DNA of 64,000 nucleotides from Macrostomum lignano (lineage: Eukaryota), in assembly GCA_002269645.1 (NCBI GenBank), contig NIVC01001281.1, positions 169,302 to 233,301 on the forward strand. Reading direction: 5' to 3'. The notes beneath the pieces were generated by a model. That model made no database searches. It worked only from the letters and a program-made list of their open reading frames with translations, and had not been told where the DNA came from. The position numbers and the translations under genes were made by a program. Positions 35,201 to 47,940 of the stretch are shown one piece after another; within the stretch, counting starts at the first letter, position 1; each line of letters begins with the position of its first letter.

Positions 35201-35340
35201 GTAAGTCATTGACCGCACCATCTTACTAGCACGAGTAGCATGCGCTGATCCAGCAATCGCTCATTTCTGTTGCTTTGCAGAAGAACTGCCAGGTCAGCAT
35301 GGCCGAATGCGTGAAGACTTACTTGAAACTGCATCAGTAA
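32277..35340 (+). CDS. Coiled-coil protein with C-terminal CAP-Gly domain (5' end uncertain)
   Basis: Heptad-rich exons (about 32277-32411, 32486-32550, 33066-33140, 33224-33806). CAP-Gly LGSRVTV|GKTETGTVKYVG...FVGIRLQSQAGNSDGTFRGVRYFTAPSKTGLFV split at 34517/35001; last exon 35281-35340. Confidence 0.75.
32580..32735. repeat. 31-bp intronic minisatellite, about 5 copies
   Basis: (GCTGGCATGATAAACATGATTAGTCACTGCA)n. Confidence 0.9.
33810..34040. repeat. 33-bp intronic minisatellite, about 7 copies
   Basis: (GGTTGACTGCTGGGCTAATTGTTGCTCCTGGGT)n. Confidence 0.92.
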
Positions 35341-36096
35341 CTGCCAATGACCCGAGCTCGCGCCTGTTGCTATGCTAAATTTTTACGCAATTCTCTGTTC
35401 ATAAAATACATTTAGCAGCAGAAAATGCGCCGCGATAAAAATTTGAAACTCTTCCGGACTGACTGAGTCGATCCTGGTCTCTGAGTGCATTAAGTTGGAG
35501 GAGATGCCAGCGTCACCTAGCCTGTTTCCCAAGGGATGTCAGGGATAAAAGGGGAATAAAATTGGGACTTCAGCCTGAATGAAAGCCGGGAAATAAGATG
35601 ACAGGTGTCTTTCACGGTTACCCCCCCCCAACCCACAAGTACACACAAGAACTTTTGGTCTAGTCTTTCCAATTAAATTACAGACAGAGTCAGGCTTAAA
35701 CTCATGACTTGAGCTTGAGCTGTCACCACGGCCTGACTTTCTGAGCTGTGCGCCATTCCGCAGCACAGGCGTGAGTGAGTCTGAGTCCCCCCACCCACCG
35801 TGCATGACTGGCATCCCTGCAAAGGGCTGCTTTTGTTCCTGCAGAGCAATATGATGGGACCTCCCACCAAGCCAGACAGAGCCTGGGAGACCCATCCTAT
35901 CCCACTCCCATCGCAGCAGGGCGCAAAGTAGCTGCTATCAACTGGTTGGCAGCCGGGAGGAGGGAGCGCACAGGTACTCAGGCCCATGCCCACCCGCGGG
36001 CTGCTGATTCAAGAGCTCAGCCAACAATCGCCGCACCCGCGGGCTGGCCAAAAACTCTTCTCGGAGTCTTCCCTACCCCCCCCCCCCATACTTCGA

Positions 36097-36110
36097 GTTG
36101 CCATGGCAAC
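36097..36110. promoter_or_regulatory. Perfect RFX X-box
   Basis: GTTGCCATGGCAAC, the canonical palindromic X-box, about 420 bp upstream of the ATG at 36530. Confidence 0.6.
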
Positions 36111-36529
36111 GTGCGGCCAGCCGACAGCAGCCGGTGGGGGTTGGCAGAGAGGAGCCGGCAGCCACAGCTGCTGTGTTTCTAAGCGCTTTTGCTGGCTCAG
36201 CAAGAAACAAAATTGGAAGAAGACGACTGGGGGTGAAAGAAGGCCGGCCCGCTTTAAAAACAGAGACGCGCGGGTGGGCAGGAAGGCCTGCGGACAGCCA
36301 GACCGGGACGGAGAGGCCTGAAAGCAGGATCTGGGGTGGCGCTTAGGCAGAATTTGGAGACAATAAGGAAAACAAGGAGGCCCGGTGCAGAGAAGAAGCG
36401 CCCACCCATCAATTGGTCGCCGCGGCCCATCCTCTCACTGCAACTTCCCCAGACACAAGTGAGCCGCTCTGCATAGAAAGTCATAAAAAGCGAAGCCCAA
36501 AGGCGAGAGCCGGCCTCCCCCTCCAACAC

Positions 36530-37396
36530 ATGGCCGCTAGCGGCAGTGGTCAGCGGACCTTCGGCAAGGCTAACGGCGCCTCCAGTGGCAGCAGAAACCT
36601 GCGTGTACCGCACCTGAGCGTCCACGCCTCATCCGGGTCAAGCATGCGGGGCCAGCGCATCAGCAGCGGCAGCGGCGCCAACGCCCTCGTGAGCTTCGCA
36701 CCGCACGGCTACTCGCCCAGCCCGAGCCAGGCCTCGGAGCTGCTGGACCTGCAGCGGGGCAACTCCTGGGCCCCCGGAGGTGAGCAGTCGAGGGCTGCCA
36801 CCGCGCCCGCCGCGGACGGGACCAGCGTGTTTCGCTCCCGAGTCAGCGTCAACTTCCGGCAAGCGCTGGCGGAGGCCAAAGAGCGCACGGCGTCGCGTCG
36901 ACTGACAGCGCAACAGGTGCGCGAGCAGCGGCGGTCCAACAACCAGGTGGAGTCGGTCAGCCGGCTGGACGCGGACACGCTGGTTGAGGAAGAAGACGCC
37001 GACATTGAAGCGGATGAAGTGTTCAACGAAGCGGCCGAGGTGGCGGAACTGGCACCACCACCGGACCCGGGATCCGTTAGCGACCCGCGGCGGCGACGGG
37101 CGCTCCAGCGATGGGGCCTCATGCGCGACGTCATTGAGGAGATTCACAGGGAGCGGCACGCCAAGAAGACCGAGGGCTGGAGCATGTTTTTCAAGCACGT
37201 GCGGGCGATGAGCGAGGCAGAAAAAACCCGACAGGACCTCTATGAGCGTTATAACATCTTCGGCGATGGCAAATCCGACTTCATGACCAACCTGCCGGTT
37301 ATACCGGACGAGCTTTTGCTGGCTGCTGGCATTCCTTTGCCCTCGAGCCGCTCCAGGCGACAGACTCGGATTGTCAAGCGGCCGCTAAAGCGATGA
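36530..37396 (+). CDS. Hypothetical protein, single exon, 288 aa
   Basis: High GC3, protein-like composition (…QRWGLMRDVIEEIHRE…WSMFFKHVRAM…RQDLYERY…), AATAAA at about 37523. No family recognised. Confidence 0.7.
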   Translation: MAASGSGQRTFGKANGASSGSRNLRVPHLSVHASSGSSMRGQRISSGSGANALVSFAPHGYSPSPSQASELLDLQRGNSWAPGGEQSRAATAPAADGTSVFRSRVSVNFRQALAEAKERTASRRLTAQQVREQRRSNNQVESVSRLDADTLVEEEDADIEADEVFNEAAEVAELAPPPDPGSVSDPRRRRALQRWGLMRDVIEEIHRERHAKKTEGWSMFFKHVRAMSEAEKTRQDLYERYNIFGDGKSDFMTNLPVIPDELLLAAGIPLPSSRSRRQTRIVKRPLKR

Positions 37397-38523
37397 CGCG
37401 GTGATCAAGCGATCGAGTTGTTTTTCGACGCGAGTTCTTTAGCGGGAGACTCTAGTGCATTAATTCTTGGACTTGAAATGAATGAAACTATTTTGCTTAT
37501 TTTTTGTTCTGTACACGGAATGGAATAAAGTTCCGTTTCTTCGTGATTCGTAAAAATGAATAAATATACATACATAAATCAAATTTCGATGGAAGAAAAC
37601 TTTATTCCGAAAGCGATTAAAAGAAAAGCCTTCAGAAAATACGATAGATCAACGTACACGTATAAGGCCTGTATAGTTTTTGATAATCTAATGGTTTAAT
37701 CGATGATTATCCGTCTTAAATCAATTACTTAATATAAAAAATTACTGCACATGCATTTCCGAAATTTTTATACTAAACGAACTTATTCTTTGTTTTATTA
37801 ATTTTTTTCATACATATTGTTAGCTTTTGAATTATATTTAGCATTCTGTAAACTATTAGTTCTAGTTTACAAAATGCTTTTAACTAAGTTTTAACTAAAT
37901 ATCATTGTTAAACTTTTACAAGTTCTATGAAAGTATTGCTTTTTGAAGTGTGCTGAATTAAGAATTTAATTCTGATTGGAAGGTCAGAACTCAGGGGGTA
38001 AATTGTCGGTGCTTAGTATTTTTAAGGTTAGGGCCTAGGCATGTGCCATGTCTGGAGTGTTTTTAAAGGGCACTCATACTAGCTAATATTCTTGTAGGTT
38101 AGTATTTTTACTAATCTTGTCATACTTTCTGTTTATTTTTTAAGACACGATTAGTGTAGGCCTAGCTAGGGCCTACTCAAAATTTAATTTATGCCTATCA
38201 GCCCTATGGTCTAGCCCTATGTCCTATATTTAAATTTAGTTAGTTTTGATAGGATCATAATTTTCTCTTTTTGTTTTATGGTAGACTGATTATTGAAACT
38301 ATAAATATTTTTCTATAGGCAACTAACTAGATATTTCTATCAATAAAATGGTAGGCCTAGGACTTACTATTATATTAAGAATGGGAAATTTTGGTTAAAA
38401 AGTTAGGCTTTCATTAAAAAATTATAAATTAAGAAAACAAGACTATAAAAATGGTACTAGGCCTACCATACAATGGAAATTTTTATAGAATGTTATTTTT
38501 TTATCTCCTAGGGGCCTATATTA

Positions 38524-39801
38524 GGGACTTCAGTGAGTTATAAGAAGTGCGTGCCAATGGCAAAAAAGTAAGAAAAAAGTCCAATTTTTCAAGGGCGATT
38601 TTAAAGAAACTATAGAAGCCAGGATGAAAGTAAAATATGCATTTAAAAGGTAAAAAGGAGCTCTTTCAAATGACACCAACTGCAAGTCTAGCTTTGTTAT
38701 ACTTTTTGCACTGTCTATTTTTAAAGTTGACCATTTTTTAGGAGGAATATAAAATTGAAGCCAAAATGAATAAAAAAACAGTGGTTCAGAAAATGCTTTT
38801 TCTTAGCTGCAATGTGTTTCTTATAATGGAAACAAAGGTTTTATAGTGTAAAGGGATAATTTAGAAACATTTTTCTGGTGTTAAAAAAAATTTTTTTTTC
38901 TTTTAATGCCCATATGGCTCTATGCAAAATTTCAAATCCAAAATTTTCCATGAAATCCTTTTCCTGCATTGTTTCTCTTTATATTTTTCATTACCTATTG
39001 ACAATACAAGCACAGTAAAAAAAACCGCTTGCCAATAGCTATAGGCGCAAAAATTTTGTGGAGGTTTCTTTTTTTGATACGTTTACATGTAAAATACCCA
39101 TTGAAACGTGTATTTCGTGTTTTTTGTGAGACTCTGCCTTCCGGCAAACTAGTTCTCTGTGTCATTTAACTAATTCTGCTATGCTGAACACGATAGACAA
39201 AACCGTTTTTTAATAAACCCATGCGCAAAGCCTGTACAGCACATTACATTGCAGTTGGGGTGTCTGTCATGCAATAAAAATTTAGGGCAAGAAGTAGAAT
39301 AGTATTATAGTAGGTAAAAACCTGAACAAAATGACACTAGCCTTGTATAAATTAAGCAAGCAGAACAGATGCTATTGTATTTTTAAAATTGCAATCATTG
39401 CGTATCTGGTTAAAATAGTCAAAATTTCATACACCCATCCTGTTTCAATTAGCTTAGCAACTTGGGCATATAAAATAATATTAAAATATATAATTCATAC
39501 AATTAACACTAAAAAACTGAACAAAATGACACCAAGCACAGTCATTTTGGTTGGCTAGAAAATTAATTACAAGTGTTCAAAGACAAAAAGCCAACTTTTT
39601 GGCCAAAAATGATCACAAACCGTAATGTAAAAATTCCATTGGCTAAAGGCACAAATCGGGGTTACTAAAATAGCTGTAGTTTCCTTATTACTCAACCAAA
39701 TCACTAAAGTTTGGCCATTTTGGAAATGGGAAAGTAAGATCTATCTAGTGAAATAGCAGCCTATAACAATTTCTGAAATTTAATTTTCTCACTGAAGTGC
39801 C
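38524..39801. mobile_element. Non-autonomous DNA transposon, 1278 bp, TA-flanked
   Basis: TIRs GGGACTTCAGTGAG (38524-38537) and CTCACTGAAGTGCC (39788-39801), 13/14 match, TA on both sides; AT-rich non-coding interior. Superfamily not assigned. Confidence 0.6.
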
Positions 39802-40369
39802 TACCTATATACTAAAAATGAGTTGTCTGTATGTGTGAGATTGATTTCAGAAAAAAAGGCTCAACTGATTTTCTTCAAACTTGTACCATTCGATCAGAAA
39901 TTTTCCTGGGATGGTACATGCATTTTGGCTAAGAAATTGCTCAATGTTAAAGGGATTAAATATTTGAAAAACTATGCTTTTTTGCAAAGGTCAAGCAGAA
40001 TTTTTGACTTGAAATGCATTGTAAAAATGCTTAAAAAAAACCTGACTGACTTAATTTCAATTCTGATAAAGATTGCATCATAACAAGTTGAAAACAGTGC
40101 CAAAGAAATGCACACACGACCTGATTTAAATTGCATAACCAATATTACTAGGCCTAACTTGAATTGAGACTAATATTAGCTGACTGAGAAATTGATTGTC
40201 ATAACTTTTTACTCTAATTGACTTGCTGTAAGAATTGAATTATAAAGGCAACAGTTCATGTTCTCCAATTGAAAATAGATAGCCTAGATAGATGTGAACA
40301 GACTGGACTACTAATGTAGCAACCTGGGTTTGAATCTTAGTAATACAAAATGCTAAACATAAAAGAAGT

Positions 40370-40890
40370 GCAATGTCAAAACATAAAAGTGGCACCATGT
40401 CAAACATTATAGAGCCACCATGTCAAACATAAAAGAGCCACCATGCCAAACATAAAAGAGCCACCATGTCAGACATAAAAGAGCCACCATGTCAAGCATA
40501 AAAGAGCCACCATATTGAACATTAAAGAGCCACCATGCCAAACATACAAGAGCCACCATGTCAAACATAAAAGAGCCACCATGTCAAACATATATATCTC
40601 TATGTCAAACATTAATCATGAAAAAGATTCTATGTCACATATAAAGGAGCCACTATGTCAAACATATATATGACTCCATGTCAAACATAACAGAGACACC
40701 ATTTTAAACATAGAAGAGCCACCATGTCAAACATTAAAGAGCCATCATGTCAAACACAAAAGAGCCACCATGTCAAACATAGAAGAGACACCATGTCAAA
40801 CATAGAAAAGCCACCACGTCAAATATCAAAGAGCCACCATTTCAAACATAAAAGAGACACTGTTTCAAACATAAAAAGAAGTGTCATGCC
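40370..40890. repeat. Degenerate about 22-bp satellite
   Basis: (GAGCCACCATGTCAAACATAAAA)-like units. Confidence 0.85.
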
Positions 40891-40949
40891 AAACAAAATA
40901 AATCCACTATAATGCTAAGGAAATTGTTGCACTAGCTACTTGTTCTCTG

Positions 40950-41400
40950 GTGGATGCTTGCTATTTAAGAATGGATACTTGCTATTAGGCAGATGCTTGC
41001 TATCTGAGGGATGCTTGCTATTAGAAGGATGCTTGCCACTGAGGTAACTTGCTATTGGGAGATGCTTGCTCTTGGGGGATAGAGGGTACTTGCTATCTGT
41101 GAGGGCTTTGCTAGATATCTATAAGATCTCTTTGTATCTAGGTTATGCTTGCTATCTGGGGTTGCTTGCAGTCTGGGGGATGCTTGCTATCTAAGGGATG
41201 CTTGCTATCTGGGGGGGGGGTGCTTGCTATCTAGGGGATGCTTGCTATCTGGGGTCTAGGGGTTGCTTGCTATCTAGGATTGCTTGCTATAGGGGGGATA
41301 TTTGCTATCTGGGAGATGCTTGCAGTCTAGGGGATGCTTGGTATTTGGGGATTGATGCTTGAATACTGTCTGGAGATGCTTGCTGTCTTGGGATATTTTG
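40950..41400. repeat. Degenerate about 17-bp satellite
   Basis: (GGGGATGCTTGCTATCT)-like units. Confidence 0.8.
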
Positions 41401-43823
41401 TTTTTAGAGAGAATGTCTATTGTTTTTATGAAGGCTTTATTTTGTTGTCTATTTGTTATTTGTAAAGAACAAGGATTCTATCCAGATGTCCCCCATTGGA
41501 TGGCAAAGATTGCTAGTAGATTTCTATTTATCTATCTTTAATCTTTAGCTTTAAGTTAAAAAAGTAAACAAAACAATTTTGAAGAATTTGTTCTAGCTTT
41601 GTTTCAATTTTTACAACTTGTATTTGTAGGAGGCTATTGCCTATCATAAAAAACTGACATTTGGAGGCTTAAATTTGATGAATAAATATAAGATGGCCCT
41701 AGGCCAAGCCCTAGGCTAGGCCTAGTGCTGAAAAGCTATAGGATGTTTTGGGAAATGAAGTTTTAGTTAGGCCTAAACAGAATAAAAGTTTCACTCAAAT
41801 GTTGCTTTTTGGTTAAGAGTTGATTTATATACATTGCCTATATAATAGACTATATATATTTAAAATAAGGCAGTCACACAAGCTAGGTCTACATAACATG
41901 CCATCTACAATCTGCAATAACAAATCAAATTGCTTCAATTAGTAATTGATAGCTTAAATATAAAATGATATATAAAAATGCTTAAGTAATTATACAAAAT
42001 ACACTAATATTGATAGAAAAAATGTTAATAATATATTAACCAATGCAATAATAAATCAGTGGAGTCATATAAAAAATAGAGTACTTATAAAAATGGCAGC
42101 CATGTCTATACGCTCATAATGTTGGAGCTTATAGGCATATACACTAGTGCTATGTAAACATACATGGTACTATTGCTTTAAGTTTTGATAATAAAACTAC
42201 CACTGTTTCAAATGTCAACTGAATGCTATATTAGAGACACAACTACTTTCCACGCTTCCATGTCTAAATGTGAACTCATTCAATATTAATGACATAGCTG
42301 CTAGCACTAAGCCATGCAATCTTCATTGACACAGCCACTATCTCTAATGGGAGACATTCTATATTGTATTGACATTGCTGCTATGTCTATTAGCTCTAAT
42401 AATATAGATATGCTAGCCTAGCCATGTGTATAAATATGGACCTTATTACTATTAGAGGCATAGCTATCATTTCTATAAGATTTTTTATTATAAACATGGT
42501 TGCCATGTCTAAGTGTAGTATAAAAATGTATATTGAAAATAAAAATTCTTTAAAATTGTTTTGTTTCCTTTTTTAACTTAAAGCAGAAGATTAAAGATAA
42601 ATAAATAAAAATCTATCAAAAATAACATTCTATAAAATTTACCATTGCATGGTAGGCCTGGTACCATTTTTTATAGTCTTTCATTTTCTTAATTTATAAT
42701 TTTTTAATGAAAACCTATTTTTAATATAATAGTAAGCCCTACCATTTTTATTGATAGAAATCTAGTTAACTATAGAAAAAGATTTATAGTTTCAATAATT
42801 AACATAAAAAAGAGAAAATTATGATCTTATGTAAACTAACTAATTTATCAATATAAACTTAAAGAAATCCAGTATATTTATTTTAGATTACCTACTTTTT
42901 TTAGAATTGGCTAATATATTTGATTATTTTAATATAACAATAAATAATGCTATTTATTATATCATCACATTTTATTTATAAGGCCTAGTTTTACAACTAG
43001 CTTAACTTATATACAATTTAAATCTTAGGTATTTCTATTTTCTATTTAGAAAACTGATTTTTGTACATAGGATTTTAATATCCTAATCTAAAACACTCCT
43101 ATGCTAAAAAAGTATATATTGATATAAGACATTTAGAAAGTTCATAACAAATTTGAATAGTTTATAAAATTAAAAGTCTTTAGTTAACAACCTTTTCAAT
43201 ATATATGTCTTTAGGATAAATGCCTTTAGGATAAATGCATTTATGATATCTCTTTGGACTTGTCTTTACTTTTGTATCTTTCCAATGTCAATAGTGAAGA
43301 ATTCCTTTGAAGCCCTCTGACCTACTAGCTGATAGCAGAGCAGAGATACAAAATACAAGATTCTTTTGTATGTTTGAACAATGAGAAGTCATTTGATATT
43401 AGATTTGGCAAGTAGGGTATATGCGGCAGCAGTTCAAATCCCAAGTCCTAAGATGATAGCCATTGTTGCCTGACTAGTAGGGGGCCTTGATAGCTTCACA
43501 GGTTTTGTAGCACCTAGATATAAATGGCACTTGCTGATTATATGGAAGTAGAATGGAATAAAAGAAAAGCCAGCAGCCTTTTATATGCTACTCTGCATGT
43601 TGTACCCTGACTTGCTGTAGTGGAACCAGGACTTCCATTGCTAATTGTCTAATTGCAGAATCGCCCGCCACAAGGTTTTACTTTTTTACTTTCTTACTAC
43701 TAACTCTGTATTGTGTTAGTAGTACAGCTGTTAGTGCAGATTATCGCAGTAAATTTCAATGCAGTTTGAACATAAAGTACACATTCTATATCTGCCGTCC
43801 CGCCTTCCGCTGCTCCGCCCGCA

Positions 43824-46800
43824 ATGCCGGCACGAAAGTCGCCGTTAATCGCCTGCGAGGACTGCGGCAAGCAGTTCAGGAGCCACTACATCCTCATCCT
43901 GCACGCCCGCTACCACCGCAAGGAGAGCAACTACATCTTTCAGCGGCACACGGCCGGCGGCTGCCAGCCTGAGGCCGACGACGCCGCCGCTGATTCCCAG
44001 CCGCGGTGCCTGGACGAGCCCGACGAGCCGCTGCCTTCGGCCGCCAGCCCGCCCGCCGAGCTCGGCCAGATGTCGCCGCCGCACCTGCCGAACCCGGAGG
44101 CTCCCCGGCCCGCCCTTGTGGAGGAGGATGAGGAGGAGGGGATGGCCGGGGACGATGATGACGGCGACTTCTCCGTCCAGGAGGCTGGCGGCGCGGCTCG
44201 CCGGCGCGCGCCTCGGCCTGGCGTCGAAGAGGCCGACTTTGACGACGAAGAGGAGTACGAGATGGAGAGCGCCGAGGAGCTGGAGTGCGAGATTTGCGAT
44301 GCCAGGTTCCACCAGGTGTGCTTCTGGCTAATTAGGGAGCCTTGCTTCGATGTGTTCGCCCAGTCCCATCTAGCAGATCCCCTAGTCCCATCTAGCAGAT
44401 CCCCCAGTCCCATCTAACAGATCCCCCAGTCCCATCTAGCAGATCCCCAGTCCCATCTAACAGATCCCCAGTGCCATCTAACAGATCCCCAGTCCCATCT
44501 AACAGATCCCCCAGTCCCATCTAACAGATCCCCAGTCCCATCTAGCAGATCCCCAGTCCCATCTAACAGATCCCCAGTCCCATCTAGCAGATCCCCCAGT
44601 CCCATCTAACAGATCCCCAGTCCCATCTAGCAGATCCCTCAGTCCCATCTAGCAGATCCCTCAGTCCCATCTAGCAGATACCTCAGTCTCAATGTCAATC
44701 GCGGACCTGCCCGCCCAGGTGCTGGAGCTGCTGAAGCACATCCGGGTGCACCGGTACGAGCTGACGGAGTCGAACTACCAGCAGTACCGCAGGAAGATCG
44801 TCACCACCTACCGGCCCAACAGCGTCCGCCTGGACCTGCGCCGCCTCACAGACGAAGCCGCCGGTCAGGAAGTTTTCGGCGGCGGCCGCAGCCTGCAACC
44901 GGCAGCTGGCGGGCCTGGCAGGGCCGCCGAGGCCAGCGGGGCCAGCACCGAGTACGAGTGCGACTACTGCGGCAAGCGGTTCCCCACCGCCTCCAACCTG
45001 CGCCGGCACATCCCGGTGCACACGGGCGAGCGGCCGCACCAGTGCCCGTTCTGCGGCTGCCGGTTCGGAGACCGGTCCTACATGCTCAAGCACACGCGCT
45101 TCGTGCACAATGTTGAGCTGGCCAGGGTGCAGAAGGCCAAGACCAGGCCGCGCTACGCCAATAGCGCCTGCTTTAAGGTGAGCGCTGCGCTCATTAGCTA
45201 CTGAAAGTAGAAACTGAAGTGTCTTTCAGAAATAATAAACCCGGAGTGTTTCTTTGGCAAGATATCTTGATGGTTTCTTTAAATTCCAAACCGTGGAAGT
45301 TTCTTAGAATCTCGGCTTTGAGGGTTTCTTAGAATCTCGGCTTAGAATCTCAATCGTGGTTTCTTAGAATATCAGCTGTAAGGGTTTCTTAGAATCCCAA
45401 TCGTCGAGGTTTCTTAGAATATCAGCTGTAAGGGTTTCTTAGAGTCCCAATCGTGGTTTCTTAGAATATCAGCTGTAAGGGTTTCTTAGAGTCCCAATCG
45501 TGGTTTCTTAGAATATCAGCTGTAAGGGTTTCTTAGAGTCCCAATCGTGGTTTCTTAGAATATCAGCTGTAAGGGTTTCTTAGAATCCCAATCGTGGAGG
45601 TTTCTTAGAATATCAGCTGTAAGGGTTTCTTAGAATCCCAATCGTGGAGGTTTCTTAGAATCTCGGCTGTGATGGCTTCTTAGCATCCCAAATCGTGGTT
45701 TCTTAGAATATCAGCTGTAAGGGTTTCTTAGAATCCCAATCGTGGAGGTTTCTTAGAATATCAGCTGTAAGGGTTTCTTAGAATCCCAATCGTGGAGGTT
45801 TCTTAGAATATCAGCTGTAAGGGTTTCTTAGAATCCCAATCGTGGAGGTTTCTTAGAATATCAGCTGTAAGGGTTTCTTAGAATCCCAATCGGGGAGGTT
45901 TCTTAGAATCCCAATCGTGGAATTTTCTTAGAATCCCAATCGTGGAGGTTTCTTAGAATATCAGCTGTAAGGGTTTCTTACAATCCCAATCGTGGAGGTT
46001 TCTTAGAATATCAGCTGTAAGGGTTTCTTACAATCCCAATCGTGGAGGTTTCTTAGAATCCCAATCGTGGAGGTTTCTTAGAATCCCAATCGTGGAGGTT
46101 TCTTAGAATATCAGCTGCGATGGTTTCTTAGAATCATGATCGTGGAGGTTTCTTAGAATATCAGCTGCGATGGTTTCTTAGAATCCCAATCGTGGAGGTT
46201 TCTTAGAATATCAGCTGCGATGGTTTCTTAGAATCATGATCGTGGAGGTTTCTTAGAATATCAGCTGCGATGGTTTCTTAGAATCATGATCGTGGAGGTT
46301 TCTTAGCATCCTAACCGCGATGGTTTCGTAGAATCCAAACCGTGGAGGTTTCTTAGAGCCCTAACCGCTGTAAAGTCTGAAGACTGCAATTTAAGCTGAC
46401 GAGAAAACGTGGGACCCAAAATGGCCAAATTAGCTACTTATATATTTGAGGTTCTGCAAGTGAACAATACGACGTACGAGCTACATAAATTTTGCAACCC
46501 AAGATGTACGTGTAGAATATATTAGAATATAACTTGCTCACTTAGAGAAAATCGAAAACAATATTGCAAGACAATATCTTTTCTCCCCGAAAACTAAAAA
46601 GCTCAAAACGCGGAATGTTTTCGTAGAATCCCCACCGCGGAGGTTTCTTAGAATCCCCAACCGTGGAGGTTTCGTAGAATCCCCAACTGTGGAGGTTTCT
46701 TATAATTTCAATCGCTAGGTCGTTTTAGCCACAGAGCATTAAATGAATTCTAACCGCTCTAAGAATAACAATGTCCAATCCGATCCCCGCTGCCCCATCA

Positions 46801-47224
46801 ATATCTGCAGTGCCAGATCTGCAACAGGTACTTTGAGAACGCGGACATTCTGGCCGTCCACCTGGAAAAATACCACAGCCGGCCGGGCCAGAGCTCCCGC
46901 CACCAGCAGCAGCAGCAGCCGCGCCATCACGGCGGCGCCGATGCTGACGAGGAGGCCGAGGATGAGTACCCGGAGGAGGAGGACGCCCTGCTGGGCGGGC
47001 ACAGGCCGGCCGACCCCGACACGGAGACCCTGTTCTCCTGCGACCAGTGCGACTTCATCTCGGCCGACCTGGCCCAGCTGCACGCCCACCTAACCGAGCA
47101 CGCGGACCATCAGCAGCAGCAGCAGCAGTCCCAGTCCCCGCCTGCCACGGCTGCTGCCGCCGCCGCCCCATCGGCTAGCGACGAGCCGAAGCCTCGCCTG
47201 ACCGTCACCATCTCGGACGGCTGA
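43824..47224 (+). CDS. C2H2 zinc-finger protein (start may lie further upstream)
   Basis: Exons 43824-44315, 44719-45177, 46811-47224, in frame. Fingers CEDCGKQF...HARYH, CEICDARF|HIRVH, CDYCGKRF...HIPVHTGERPHQCPFC, CQICNRYF, CDQCDF. Confidence 0.88.
44360..44690. repeat. 20-22-bp intronic minisatellite
   Basis: (CCCAGTCCCATCTAGCAGATC)n. Confidence 0.92.
45290..46370. repeat. About 50-bp intronic satellite made of two about 25-bp subunits
   Basis: GGTTTCTTAGAATATCAGCTGTAAG + GGTTTCTTAGAATCCCAATCGTGGA; remnant copies at about 46620-46710. Confidence 0.92.
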
Positions 47225-47264
47225 GGACGCCGGCAGCGAGGTTAATGCTGACTGGCTTCTGTGA

Positions 47265-47940
47265 CTCCCAGATCCTCGGATTGGGTGTCTGGCATCCCAG
47301 ATCCTCAGATTGGGTGTCTGGCATCCCAGATCCTCAGATTGGGTGTCTGGCATCCCAGATACTCAGATTGGGTGTCTGGCATCCCAGATACTCAGATTGG
47401 GTGTCTGGCATCCCAGATACTCAGATTGGGTGTATGGCATCCCAGATCCTCAGATTGGGTGTCTGGCATCCCAGATCCTCAGATTGGGTGTCTGGCATCC
47501 CAGATCCTCAGATTGGGTGTCTGGCATCCCAGATACTCAGATTGGGTGTCTGGCATCCCAGATACTCAGATTGGGTGTATGGCATCCCAGATCCTCAGAT
47601 TGGGTGTCTGGCATCCCAGATCCTCAGATTGGGTGTCTGGCATCCCAGATCCTCAGATTTTGTGTCTGGCATCCAAGATCCTCAGATTTAGTGTCTGGCA
47701 TCCCAGATCCTCAGATTGGGTGTCTGGCATCCCAGATCCTCAGATTGGGTGTCTGGCATCCCAGATCCTCAGATTGGGTGTCTGGCATCCAGATCCTCAG
47801 ATTTGGTGTCTGGCATCCCAGATCCTCAGATTTGGTGTCTGGCATCCCAGATCCTCAGATTTGGTGTCTGGCATCCCAGATCCTCAGATTTTGTGTCTGG
47901 CATCCCAGATCCTCAGATTTGGTGTCTGGCATCCCAGATC
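47265..47940. repeat. 29-bp minisatellite after the zinc-finger stop
   Basis: (GGCATCCCAGATCCTCAGATTGGGTGTCT)n. Confidence 0.95.
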
